Positions 21,601 through 33,265 of a DNA stretch of 64,000 nt are shown piece after piece. The notes under the pieces were generated by a model. It was given only the letters and a program-made list of their open reading frames with translations, was not told where the DNA came from and ran no database searches. This DNA is from Hemiscyllium ocellatum (lineage: Eukaryota), in NCBI RefSeq assembly GCF_020745735.1, contig NC_083409.1:19860341-19924340 (forward strand), written 5' to 3'. Position 1 is the first letter of the stretch, and each line of letters starts with the position of its first letter. The position numbers and the translations under genes were made by a program.

Positions 21601-22689
21601 CAAAGTTCTGGTTGGTGTCTCTTTAAGGGTTGAGGTGTGAACTGGAATTCCAGGCAGAACAGTGGTTCCAGGCAGCCATCTCTGTGTCTCTGTGTTTTCC
21701 CAGAGCTCAGCCCAGCTGTCTCTTTATTATTAAAACGTTTCTAAAAATCTAGGGTTTTAGAGAATAAGGAATTTTGCTGAATCCTGCACGGGAGAACTCC
21801 AATTACTCTGACAGTTCAGTCAATTGATTTTCCAACAAACATTGAGCTTCCTTTGTTACTTTGGCCAGTTACTCTGGGTTTAACCAAAATGGGTTTTATT
21901 TTATTGGGTCTGAATTATCTACCTCCACATCATGTTCAATTAATGTGGCGCATCCAAGTGTATCTTTTAAAGACCATGTATCAGTGCAGAATGTGGCCAT
22001 TCAGCTCATCAAGTCCACTCTGCCATTCTATCATAGTTGATTTGTTTGTCAACCCCATTCTCCTGCCTTCTCTGTTTCCTGTGATTGGTTTAGCAATCAA
22101 GAACCTAGCTATCTGTCTTAAATCCACTCAATGACTTGGCCTCCACAGCACTCTGCAGCAATGATCAATCCACAGATGAACCACTCTCTGGATGAAGAAT
22201 CTCCTCCTCATCTCACTTCCAAAGGATGGCCCCTTCTGAGGCTGTGCCCTCAGGTCCCAGTCTCTCTGCCAAGTGGAAACATCTTCTCCATGTCTACTCT
22301 ATCCAGGCCTCTCAGTATACTGTATGTTTCACTGAGATTTCCGCTCATCCTTCTCAACTCCATCGAATACTGACTGAGTACAGGCCTCAACCACTCCTCA
22401 TATAAACTTCTTTGTATTCTCTGAGCAATCTCCCTCTGTGCCTTTGTTAATTTTTCTCCAGATACAAAAATGCAGTGTCTGAATTCTCTAATGCCTCTGA
22501 GTCTGTTCACCTCACAGGAGAAAGTTCACTTTGGGAACTGACCAATTCTCTTTGGCTCTCACACTTTTTCTCATCCCCTTTCTGCTACACTCAGTGCTGG
22601 ACACACCTCTACACGACTGAATGGTTCCGCAAAAACTGGGAGAGGAATTAAGGATGCTGCTTTCATCATGTGTGGAGGTTTACCTACAA

Positions 22690-24540
22690 CTTGACAAGTT
22701 TTTTTTTAAATGTATTCATTTTGTGGAATGAGAGCATCGCTGCCTGGCCAGCATTTATTGCTCATCCCTAGTTGCCATTGAGAAGGCTCTTGAGCTGCTC
22801 TTGAACTGCTGCAGTACACCTGCTGTGGGTTGACAGTCAACACCATTAGGGAGGGAATTACAGGATCTGGAGCCAGCAACAGTGAAGGGACACAATACAT
22901 TTTCAAGTCAAGATGGCTTGGAGAGGAACTTGAAGGTAATGGTGTTCTCATATATCTGGTGCCCTTGTCCTTCCAGATGGAAATGGTTGTGTTTGGAAGG
23001 TGCTGTCTGAGGATCTTTGGTGAATCTCTGCAGTGCATCTTGTAGATAGTGCACACTGCTGCTGCTGAATGTCAGTGGTAGAGGGCATGGTTACATGTGG
23101 ATGCAGTGCCTACCAAGCGGCTGCATTGCCCTGAATGGTGTTCAGCTTCACGAGTGTTGTTGGAGCTTCACCCATCCAGGCAAGTGGGGAGTATTCCATC
23201 ACATTCCTGACTTGTGCCTTGTAGATTGTGGCCAGGCTTTCAGGAGACAAGAGGTGAGGTACTTGCTGCAGTATTCTTAGCCTCTGACCTGCTTTTGTAG
23301 CCATTGTGTTTATTTGGTGAGTTTCAGCTGGCTATCAACTCCCACGATGTTTATAGTGGGGGACACGTTGATGGTAACACCACTGAATGTCAAGGGACAC
23401 TGGTTAGATTGTTTCTTATTGGTGACAGTCAGAGTCTAGCATTTGTATGACATGAAAGTTATTTATCACTTGTCAGCCCAAGCCTGGATATTATCCAGGT
23501 CTTATTGCATTTGAACATGGACTGCTCCACTCTCTGAGGAGTTGGAAATGGTGCTGAACATCGTGCAATCATCAGTGAACATCACCCCTTCTGACCTTGT
23601 GGAGGGAAGGTCATTGATGAAGCAGCTGAAGATAGTTGGGCGAAGGAGACTACCCTGAGGAGCTCCTCCAGAGATGTCCTGGAGCTGAGATGACTGACCT
23701 CTAACAATCATGACCATCTTCCTGTGTGTCAGGTATGGCTCTAAATACCAAAGAGTTTGCCAATGATACCCAGTGATTCCAGTTTTGTTAGGACCTCGAA
23801 CCGTTTGTTGACATCATGTGGGGTGAATCGAATTGGCTGAAGACTTTTATCTGTAATGCTGGAGACCACTGGAGGAGGCCAAGATGGATCATCCACTTGG
23901 CACCTCTGGTTGAAGATTGCTGCGAAAGCTTCAGCTTTTTCTTTTGCTGTGCTGGGCTCTTCCATCATTGAGGATGGGGATATTTGTGGAGACTCCTCCT
24001 CCACAAGATGTTTAATCATCCAACACCACTCATGACAAGATGTTTCAGGACTGCAGAGCTGGACCTGATCTGTTGGTTATGGAATTCTGTAATTCTATCT
24101 ATCATTTGCTGCTTATGCTGTTTGGCATGCAAGGAGTCTTCTTTAGTGGCTTCACCAGGTTAACACCTCATCTTAATGCATGCCTCGTGCTGTTCCTGGC
24201 ATGCCCTCCTGAATTCTCCATTGTTGGTCCCCTGGTTTGATGGTAATGGTTGAGTGGGGGATACGCTGGGCCATTATGTTTCAGATTATGCTGGAGCAGA
24301 ATTCTGCTGCTGTTGATGGCCCACAATGCCTCATGGATGCCCAGTCATGAGTTGTGAGATCGGTTGTAAGTCCGTCCCAGTTAGCGTGGTGATAGTATCA
24401 CACAACATGATGGATGCTCTTCTCAGTGGAAGGCAGGAGTTGGCCTTCAAAAAGACTGTGCGACGCTCACTCTGACTGATACTGTATAGGACAGATGTAT
24501 CTGCAGCTGGCGGATTGGTAAGGATGAGGTCAAGTATGAC
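22690..24540 (-). mobile_element. Second CR1/L2-group LINE family, RT and 3' end, degenerate
   Basis: GAPQGSLLRPTIFSCFINDLP..FTDDCT and IYKAQVRNVMEYSPLAW. The same family occurs at 34440-35080 and 60190-62340. Confidence 0.8.
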
Positions 24541-24544
24541 ACAT

Positions 24545-25175
24545 TTTTTTAAACTGCACCACATATTTAAACAATTTTTGCTCAGTAAAACACATGATTC
24601 TGGATGCCTGTGTTTTCCAAATCCCCATGGTCCTCTCATGGAAATCTGATGTACTCTCCACAATATCTCTTTATGATAGCTGGGTGGGACCACCAGCCAA
24701 TGTCTAACCGACCATTCTGCACCTGTGGGTCCATGGAGGGGGGGCGGGGTGATCTCCACTTCCTCATCAGTGCTCCATTCTCAAGGTAATAACACTCTGA
24801 AACTCCTCCAGCCTCGACTTCAGTGGGAGCTGACTGTGTTCATTTAGTTCATTCAGGATCTGCTTCTTGGATCTGCAGCAATTAGTGACATCATACCAAC
24901 CACTCCACCTGGATTATCTTCACCCTTTCGGAAAATTTCAGCGATCCTTTCACTTGCTGTGGTGTCACATCAACCCTTATTGATGGATTTTGTTTAACCA
25001 TTGCCCTAGTTACCTCACACGAAGGAGAGAGACCAGGAACCAGTTCCTGTCATTGTTCTGTTTCTTGGCCCTCCTTTGGACATTCTGTAATTATTGCGGA
25101 AGCTACTGCCTTTAGTTCTGACAAACCATTCCCCAGAAGGAAATCGACTCCCTCAACAGGGAATGTTTTCCCCAC
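24545..25175 (-). mobile_element. Gypsy fragment (post-protease spacer and integrase Zn-binding region)
   Basis: WLVVPPSYHKEIL..H...G.WG; reverse complement of 52268-52890. Confidence 0.85.
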
Positions 25176-26318
25176 TCTGACAATCCCAGGTAACATCCTG
25201 GTGAATCTCCTTTACACCCTCTTCAGTCCAATCACAACCTTCTCACAGTGTCATGACCAGCACGATACACAGTATTTCAGATATGACCTAATCAATGCTC
25301 TGTAAAGGAACAACGAGACTTCCTTGCTCCTATATTCTACACCCTGGCTAGTGATGGCAAGCATCCCATATGCCTCCTTCACCACCCTGCCTCGCCTTGC
25401 TGATACCTTCCAGGATTGATGGACTTGTACACCAAGGTCCCTTTGATCCTCACTACTCCCAAGGCACATAAGAACAGAAGAACTAGGAGCAGGAGTAGGC
25501 ATTCTGGCCCTTCAAGCCTGCTCTGCCATTCAATAAGATCATGGCTCATCTTTTCATGGACTCAGCTCCCCTTACCCACGATCTCACTGTAACTCTTAAT
25601 TCCTTTCCTGTTCAAAAAAAAATCTTAGCTTTGAAAACGTTTACTGAAGTAGCATCGACTACTTCATTGGACAAGAATTCTAGAGATTTATGACCCTCTG
25701 GGTGAAGAAGTTCCTTCTCAATTTGGTCCTAAAACTGCTCCCCCTAATTTTGAGGCTCTGCCCTCTTGTTTTAGTTTCACCTACCAGTGGAAACGTTCTA
25801 TGTCTTATCTATTCTCTTCATAATTTTATATGTTTCTATAAGATCCCCCACCCCCCTCATTCTTCTAAGTTCCAATGAATGTATCCCAGTCTACTCAGTT
25901 TCTCCTCTCACAGGTCAACCCTCTCAACCCCAGAATCAACCTAGTGAAACTTCTCTGCACCCCTTTGTGTGCCAGTACATCCTTTCTCAAGTAAGGAGAT
26001 CAAAACTGCACGCAGTACTCCGGGTGTGGCCTCACCAGCACCCTGTACAGCTGCAACATAATCTCCCTGCTTTTTAAACTCAATCCCTTTTGCAATGAAG
26101 GACACAATTCCATTTGCCTTCCTAATTACTTGTTGTACCTGCAGATCAGCCCTCTGTGATCCATGCACAAGGAGACCCAAGGCATATACCTTTCATTGCG
26201 TATATACGTCCCTTATTAGACCTCCCAAATTGGATCACCTCGCGCTTATCGGGATTAAATTCCATCTGTTATTGTTCTGCCCAATTTACCAGCTGACCAA
26301 TATCAGACTGTAGCCTGA
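25175..26318 (-). mobile_element. Two CR1 3' fragments
   Basis: RSYLKYCVSCW and similar motifs; reverse complement of 48612-50690 minus later insertions. Confidence 0.8.
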
Positions 26319-27072
26319 GACCCGGTAATCCAAGATGGCAGCACAGTAGGACTCTGCAAACCGAGTTCACCTGCTCCATCTGTTTCCTTTTCTTGGTTTT
26401 CTTCCATTTTTTTTCTTTTCTTTTGTGTTTTTCTTTTGTCCTTCTTTCATCTTTTCTATCCCAGCCACAGACTCGCGGCCTCAGACACCTGGTCTCCGAC
26501 CAGTGCAGACCCAGTGATACGGCCTCTCAGCTTTGTGTGGCAGTGTCCTGGCCTGGCAGGGAGACATCCCAGCCTAGAAAGGCAGACTCTCGGTCTGACA
26601 TGGTGGCCTCTCAGTTTAATGTGGTGGCCTCTCAGCCCAGCATGCTGGACTGTCAGCCTAGCGTGATGGACTCTCAGCCGAGCATGGCCAACTCTCAGTG
26701 GCCCAGTGTGGTTGTCTCTCAGCCCACAGGATGATCTTTTGCTGTATTTGGTGGTCTCTCAGCCCAGCACGGCCTCAGCATGGACTTCCGGTCTCAGGGT
26801 AACGACTCGCAATATGATCCCATGGTAGCTAAGTGCTTAGGAAAGACTAATGATTGAACTTTCAGATTTGTTACTTTATTGTCTTCTTAAAACTAATCTG
26901 TAATGGGTATCTTTTAACTTTATTCTTTCTTTCTATCTTGTTCTTAAGATTCTGTACCTAGGTCCTTGTATGTAAGATGGCACCTTGTGAGGTGACATTA
27001 CATACTTTTCACTGCAATCCTGTACTTTTGTACTTGAGTACTTGTGACAATAAAATAAAAATCAAATAAATA
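26318..27072 (+). mobile_element. Element X: non-coding retroposon with a 5' AAGATGGC motif, internal 21-bp repeats and a LINE-type tail
   Basis: AAGATGGC at 26332-26339. About 7 units of GTGGTGGCCTCTCAGCCCAGC at 26598-26780. It ends CTTTTCACTG...GTGACAATAAA plus an A-rich tail and interrupts a CR1. Confidence 0.6.
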
Positions 27073-28499
27073 TCAACTACACCACCAATTTATGTGGCAT
27101 CTGAAAGCTTTCTAATTATACAATCACAATCAATTTGTTAATGTACATTACAAACAGAAAGGGTCCCAGCCTCAATCCTTGTCTTACACCACTGATCACA
27201 GGCTTCCAATCACAAAGACAACCCTCCACCATCACTCTTTGCCTCATATTTGGAAGCCAATTTTAGATCAAATTTGCCAACTTGCCTTGGATCCCATGGG
27301 CCCTTATCATGTGGACCAGCCTTCCATGTGGGGCCTTTGTTGACATAATCAATACTGGCTTCCCTACCTCTCCAAGTATTGTTCAATCCTGTACTTCAGG
27401 ATTTTTTCTAATAATTGCCCTCACACTGACATCAGACTAACTGGTCTGGAATTGCCTGGCCTATCCCTGCTGCCCTTCTTGAACAAAGGAACCACATTGA
27501 CAATCCTCCACTCTGGCTCTTCACCTGTGGCCAGCGAAGTATTAATCAAGGAAAAGGCAATCAAGCTTTAAAGGCAATGAAATGAAAAATACAGTTAAGT
27601 TAAACCGAAAGATGTGATAGAGAAATGGATCCCTTCTCCCTGTTATTTGAGAACTGGAAAGAAATAATGTTAGATTAGAAAGGATTTTAATTTGCCATGA
27701 GTTTTGAAATCTTTTGAATTTGTGTTTTCTGTCAGTATGTTTCATCTTCATTTCTTTTGTCTAAGGAAGTCTTATTATTACATCTAAATCATTGTGTGCT
27801 TATGCTTTGCAGATGCTGCAGACCAACTGCATTTCTTCAGCAGTTTCTGTTTGTGTTTCAGTCTGAGATCTGTGTTGTCCAATAATACCAGCAGTTGGGA
27901 TGGGAATAGTTGGCTAGCATCATGATTGTCACTCTAATTAGAAACTGACACTTCGTATTTGATGAATCCAACAAACCCTTAAACTGTTTTCACATCTGTC
28001 AGTCACCACATCACTGCCACCGCTCTTACCTTTCCAGAATCCAGGCAAATCCTTTTGCTCTCAGTATGTGACTTATGTACTTAACTTGGGCATCTTTAAT
28101 TGCAAACTTTCTTGTTCAGCTTAATGACTCTTTCTTTCTTGTTCAGCTCCTGACAAGCTACACCCAGCAGGCCAACTAGATGATAATTGTGATCAGCAAT
28201 GCTTTGTATCTCGAATAGCCCACTTTCTCCCCATATCCTTCTCACTCACACTCTCAACTGATTACCCGGGCATCGCGGCAGGTCACCGTGTTTGAGGAGA
28301 AATTGACTCGAAATTGAATCAACTGTTGATATTGCATGTGGATATTCAATTAAACAACAAGTGTGTTTACATTGAAATTAATACATTATAAATATATAAT
28401 AATTGGACAGACTAATGTCTTAAACTTTGTGGCATTTGAGGGATATAACTTTTGCTGGTTTGTCAAGAGTGCTATTTCATAAGGTGCATGTTACAACAA

Positions 28500-30140
28500 A
28501 ATTTGCTGCACATCTTTTATAATGGACTCCAGTATTTCTCCCTCTACTGATGTCAAGCTAACCGGTCTCTGCCTCCCTTCTTAAATAGTGGGGTTATGTT
28601 AGCCACCCTCCAATCCATAGGAACTGCTCCAGAGTCTAGAATTGTGAAAGATGACCACAAGTGCATCTAATCTTTCTCGTGCCACTTTTTCTTAAGCATT
28701 CTGGGCTGAGGGGGTCAGGCTGCCAAAGATATTTCATGGCTCCACTTTGCCCTCCTATGTTTTTAAGCACCTCCCCACACTTTCTCTCCTCCTGAAGGGC
28801 CTCCCTTGTTTTTGATGCTCTGTCGCTGACAAAGGTTTCCTTCTTTTCCTTTCCCAAACTATCCATATTCCTTGACATCCAGGATCCCAGGAGTTGCTGC
28901 CTTTGCCTTTCTTTCTGAGCTGGCCCTGATATCTCACTGTCTCACATTAAAAAGCTTCCCACTTTCCAAATGTAAACTGACCTGTAAGAAGCTGCTCCCA
29001 GTCTATATTTGCCAGATCCTGTCTCATGACATTGAAATTGGCCTTGCCTCACGTTAGACACTTACCTTTCTGCACTACCCTGATTCCTTTCCATAATAAT
29101 TATAAAACTTATGGACTTATGTTCAATATCTACAAAATGCTCACCCACTGACTCTTCAACTATTTGACTGGTTTCATTACCTAGGATTGAGTCCAGCACT
29201 GCCCATGTTTAGAAGGACTACCTATGTACTGGAACCAAAAGCTCTCCTGGATGGACTTTAAACATTCCACCATTCACACAAAGGCAATCCCAGTTCATGT
29301 TAGAGAAGTTGAAACTCCCTACTAACATAACCCTATTCCTCTCACACCTTTCTGTGATTTGCCAACATATCTACTCCTCTCTCTCCATCTGACTATTGGG
29401 AGGTCTATAGTACAATCTCAGCAAAGTGATTGTTCTTTTTGTATTTTTAGCTTCACCCAGATGGCCTCGTTTGAAGATCCTTCCAAGAAATGCTCCTTCA
29501 ATCCTGCAGTGATGGTCTCCTTTATCAATAATGCAATACACCCACCTCTCCTGCATTCCCTCTATCCCACCTGAGACTTCTCTCACCTGGAATGTTGAGC
29601 TGCCAGTCCTATCTTTGTTCAATCATGTCTCAGCATTTGCAGCAATATGATATTCCCATGTGCTGGTCAATGCTCTCAGTTCAACCGCCTTACTCGTCAA
29701 GCTCCTTACATTAAAATAGATACAGTTCAGCTTTCTGATCCTCCTGCATTCATGATCCTGTCCTAGTGGTTACCCAGTGGTTTTCTGTGTAGCCCTTATT
29801 CTCCCAAGAAGGGAAACATCCAGCATTTCCCCTGTCAATCCCCTTAAGAATTCTATACATTTCAAGGAGATTCCCTCTCATTCTTCTAAACTCCAGGGAT
29901 CAGATTCCAAACCTGTTTGAACTTTGCCCATAAGACAATCGCTCTATACCAGGAATCAGTCAAAGGAACCATCTCTGAACTACTTCCAATGCAGCTCCTG
30001 TCCTTTCTTCAAAAAGGAGCCTGATACTGAACACTATGCTCAAACCAAGCTCCTAATCCTAACCCTTGTACAGCTGCAGTAAAATGTCCCTGCTTTTAGA
30101 TTGCATTCCCTTTATAAGAAGCACCAACACTCCATCTGCC
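28500..30140 (-). mobile_element. CR1 fragments (RT, APE, 3' end)
   Basis: LYYRPPNSQ (ORF 29371-29622) and other degenerate CR1 motifs. Confidence 0.7.
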
Positions 30141-30547
30141 TCCGGATTCACTTGCTGTAGCTGTGTACTAACTTTGTGATTCTTGTCCCCCACATTACAC
30201 TCCATTCTGCCCAATATTTCTCCAAATCCCAGTTGTATCTAATATTCAGCAGGATGGACCCCTTCACTGGGAAATAGTTGTTTGTGACTAGAATGATGAC
30301 ACATCTTTGAGAATCACATTAATAACTGTTTTATTGATGCTTTTATTTCCTACCCACCATATCACAGCCCTGAATAATCTTATACCCCTCAATGAGGTTC
30401 TTTCTCAACCTTCACTGCTCCACGCAAAACAACCTCAACGTTTCCAATCTTTCCTCATTACTGACTCTCTATTGCACGCAGCATCCTGGTAAATCTCTGC
30501 ACCCTCTCAAGTACAATTACATCCTTCCCAGAATGTGGTGACCACGA

Positions 30548-31203
30548 CCTCTCTCTCTCTATCTATCTCCCTTTTTGACTCACACCTGCCACATCTTTCT
30601 CTCTACCTCTATCTCTCTCTCCCACTTTTAATCTCTTTCATATTCTCTTTCATAGTCTCTCTCTCTCTCTGTCTCTCCCCCTCTCACATAGCCACTCTCT
30701 CCAACCACTCACGGTTCCTCACTCCGTCTGATAATCTCTATTTCTCCATTTCTCTCTGTCTCCGTCACTCGCTCCATCACTTGCTTCAGTTGAAAGCCTC
30801 CAAATGTTATCTGTCCCTCTCTATTCCTCCCTCTGTGTCTCTCCCTCCCTCTCTGCATCCCAATCTACAGTCTCACTCCCTCCCTCTCTGTCATTCTGTC
30901 TCGAAACATACTCATGTCTCTCTCTCTTTCTCTCACTCAACCTGACTCTCTCTTTCCCAGTTCCCTTCACTCTTGGTATCACACCCATCCTGCCTCTTTC
31001 TCTCTCTCCATCCCTTTCAATCACATCTTGTTTCTCTCTCTCTCTCTCTCTCTCTCCATCAACCACACCATTTCTACCTCCCTCTACCTCTCTCGGTCCC
31101 CTCACATATCTCACACTGTCTCAGATACTCCTCCCTCTATTCCTCGATTACACACACACTCTCCCTCTAACTCTCCCTCTCTGTCTCACTTCTCTCCCTT
31201 TCT
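30548..31203. repeat. CT-rich compound microsatellite
   Basis: Read directly; inverted homolog at 63170-63880. Confidence 0.9.
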
Positions 31204-31204
31204 C

Positions 31205-31585
31205 ACAGTGTCCCAGGTGATGACAGTTGAATGCAGAATAAATCTCCCTCTGCTCTGCCCCAATAATGGATGTTAACCTTTAACCCCAGAGTAAGGGCCT
31301 TTCCTGGAGTAAGGCCCCATTTTCCACAGTGACCAAGGTTTAGCCTCTCTCAGGAAGATGGACAGATTCTTGTTGAATGAACGGCAGTTCTGTGCTGTTG
31401 GCCTATTCTCATTGGGGACTGGTTTGAACACAAACCTCATTCCATTAAGGCCCAGCAGAGAGAGGAGATCCTCAGGCCATCAGTGTGAGTTGGAGGGATG
31501 GAGCAGGACAGGTTCTGACCAGTGACCCATTCTGTCCATTCACAACATGTTCCAATCCCTTCCCCTTTCCTTTCCATTCCATGAT
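31205..31585. other. Module A copy 2
   Basis: Homologous to 10553-10930. Confidence 0.8.
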
Positions 31586-31689
31586 CAGTCTCTGAGTCAA
31601 GGTGTTTCACTGGGATGATGTTCAGAGCATCACAGTTACAACAGAAGGGAACTGGCCCCACACCAACCATGGCATCCATGATGTAATGG

Positions 31690-33265
31690 ACACTCCAACA
31701 GAGTCCAACAAACATGGAATTCAGTTCACGGGGCTGCCCAATGGAGAGACATGGACCTCCTTCCCACTGAACCTCCCAACTGAGACCAGTAAACATGGGC
31801 CTCCTTCCCACTGAACCTCCTAATTGAGACCAGTAAACATGGGGCTCCTATCACTGGAACTTCCAATGGAGATGAGTGGATGGCTGAGTTTTTGAAGAAG
31901 TAAGCAAGAAGGTAGATAAAGGTAGAGCAGTACACTCTGTCTACATGAACTTTAGTTCGGCCTCAGACAAGGTTCCCCCCGCCGTAGCAGACTGCTCAGT
32001 AAGATTATATCACATAGGATCCAGGGAGAGTGAGCCAATTGGATATAAAATTGGCCTGATGGTATGAGGCCAAGGCTGGTGAGAGAGGGTTGTTCTTCAG
32101 ACTGGGGGCCTGTGACCAACTGTCTGCCACAAGAATTGATCCTGGATCCACTGTTGTTCATCATTTATTTGAACAATGTGGATGAGAAAATAGCAGGAAT
32201 GGTCAGTAAGTTTGTGGCTGAAATTAAAATTGTTGGCATCGTCAACAGGGAAGAAGGTTATCCAAGAGTGCAATGTCATCTTGATCAACTGGGCCAGTGT
32301 GTCAACAATTCCATTTAATTTCGATAAATGGAAGGAGTTACCTTCTGTTAAGACAAACCAGGGTAGGAATTACACAATTCATGGTAGAGCCATGGGGAGT
32401 GTTGTTGAACAGAGAGACTGAGGGGTACAGGTACAAAGTTCCTTGAAAGTGATGTCACTGGTAGACAGGGTGATGAAGAAGGTATTTGACACGCTCACCT
32501 TCACTGGTCAAAGCAGGGAGTACAGGAGCTGGGACATCATGTGACAGCTGTACAAGGCATTGGTAAGGCCACATTTGGGCACTGTGCACATTTATGCTCA
32601 CCCTTCTATTGGAAGGAAGTTATCACACTGGTTTGGATAAAATAAAGATTAACAAGATTGAAGGGTTTGAATTATAAGGCAAGGATGGATAGGCCAAGAT
32701 GTTTTTCTAGGGAATGCAGAAGATTGAGGGGTGACCAGATAGAGGTTTATAGAATCATGAGGGTCATTGATAAGATGAATAGTCAAAGTCTTTTCCCCAG
32801 AGTAGGAGAGTCCAGTACTAGAAGGAATAGATTTAAGTTGAGAGGAGAAAGAATTAGAAGGGACCTGAGAGACAACCTTTTCGCGTATGGCGTGTATGTG
32901 CAATGAGCTGCCAGAGGATGTGGTAGAGGGGAGTACAATTACTACATTTCCAGGACATTTTTACAGGAACATGGATAGGGAGGATTCGGAGAGATTTGGG
33001 CCAAACACAGCAAATGGGACTAGTTCAGTTTTGGAAACTTGGTCGGCATGGATGAGTAGAGCTGAAGGGCCTGATGCCATGCTGTAAAACTCCATAATTC
33101 TATGATGATGTCAACATGGTCCATCTTCCCATAGGACCAATAAACAGTAAACATGGGCCTCCTTCCCACTGGAACCTCCAAGAGGCACCAATAAACATGG
33201 ATCTTCTTCCCACTGAATGCTTCAGAAGAGACCAGTAAACATGGGCCTCCTTCCCTCGGGACTGT
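31690..33265 (+). repeat. ~44-bp minisatellite (31690-31875 and 33113-33265) split by a CR1 insertion
   Basis: ACCAGTAAACATGGGCCTCCTTCCCACTGAAC units on both sides of the CR1. Confidence 0.8.
31880..33105 (+). mobile_element. CR1 3' part inserted into the minisatellite
   Basis: PQELILDPLLFIIYLNN and RRLRGDQIEVYRIMR, followed by a CR1 tail. Confidence 0.85.

Larger units (their letters stand above)
18960..21660 (-). mobile_element. Putative solo LTR or unclassified element interrupted by PLEs and SINEs
   Basis: About 1.1 kb of non-coding sequence remains after removing the inserts. It has TATA-like and AATAAA motifs on the minus strand and lies between Gypsy RT pieces. The LTR identity is inferred. 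Confidence 0.35.
10020..27310 (+). repeat. Segmental duplicon copy 1
   Basis: Collinear blocks (CR1, CT tract, module A, 44-bp array, module B, L2, CR1, Gypsy RT, Gypsy INT/PR, CR1, element X, CR1) are shared with copy 2 and/or copy 3. Boundaries are approximate. Confidence 0.8.

Noticed and set aside
31204-31242. Isolated perfect CACAGTG heptamers (also at 7175-7181 and 8180-8186)
   Set aside because: There is no acceptable nonamer at 12 or 23 nt, and this many are expected by chance in 64 kb.
30535-31276. Overlapping Ser/Leu-rich ORFs (also at 10255-10569 and 63092-63471)
   Set aside because: These are low-complexity CT microsatellite translations.
31690-33265. 44-bp repeats viewed as a CRISPR-like array
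   Set aside because: Units are head-to-tail and homologous along their whole length, with no unique spacers, in a vertebrate context.
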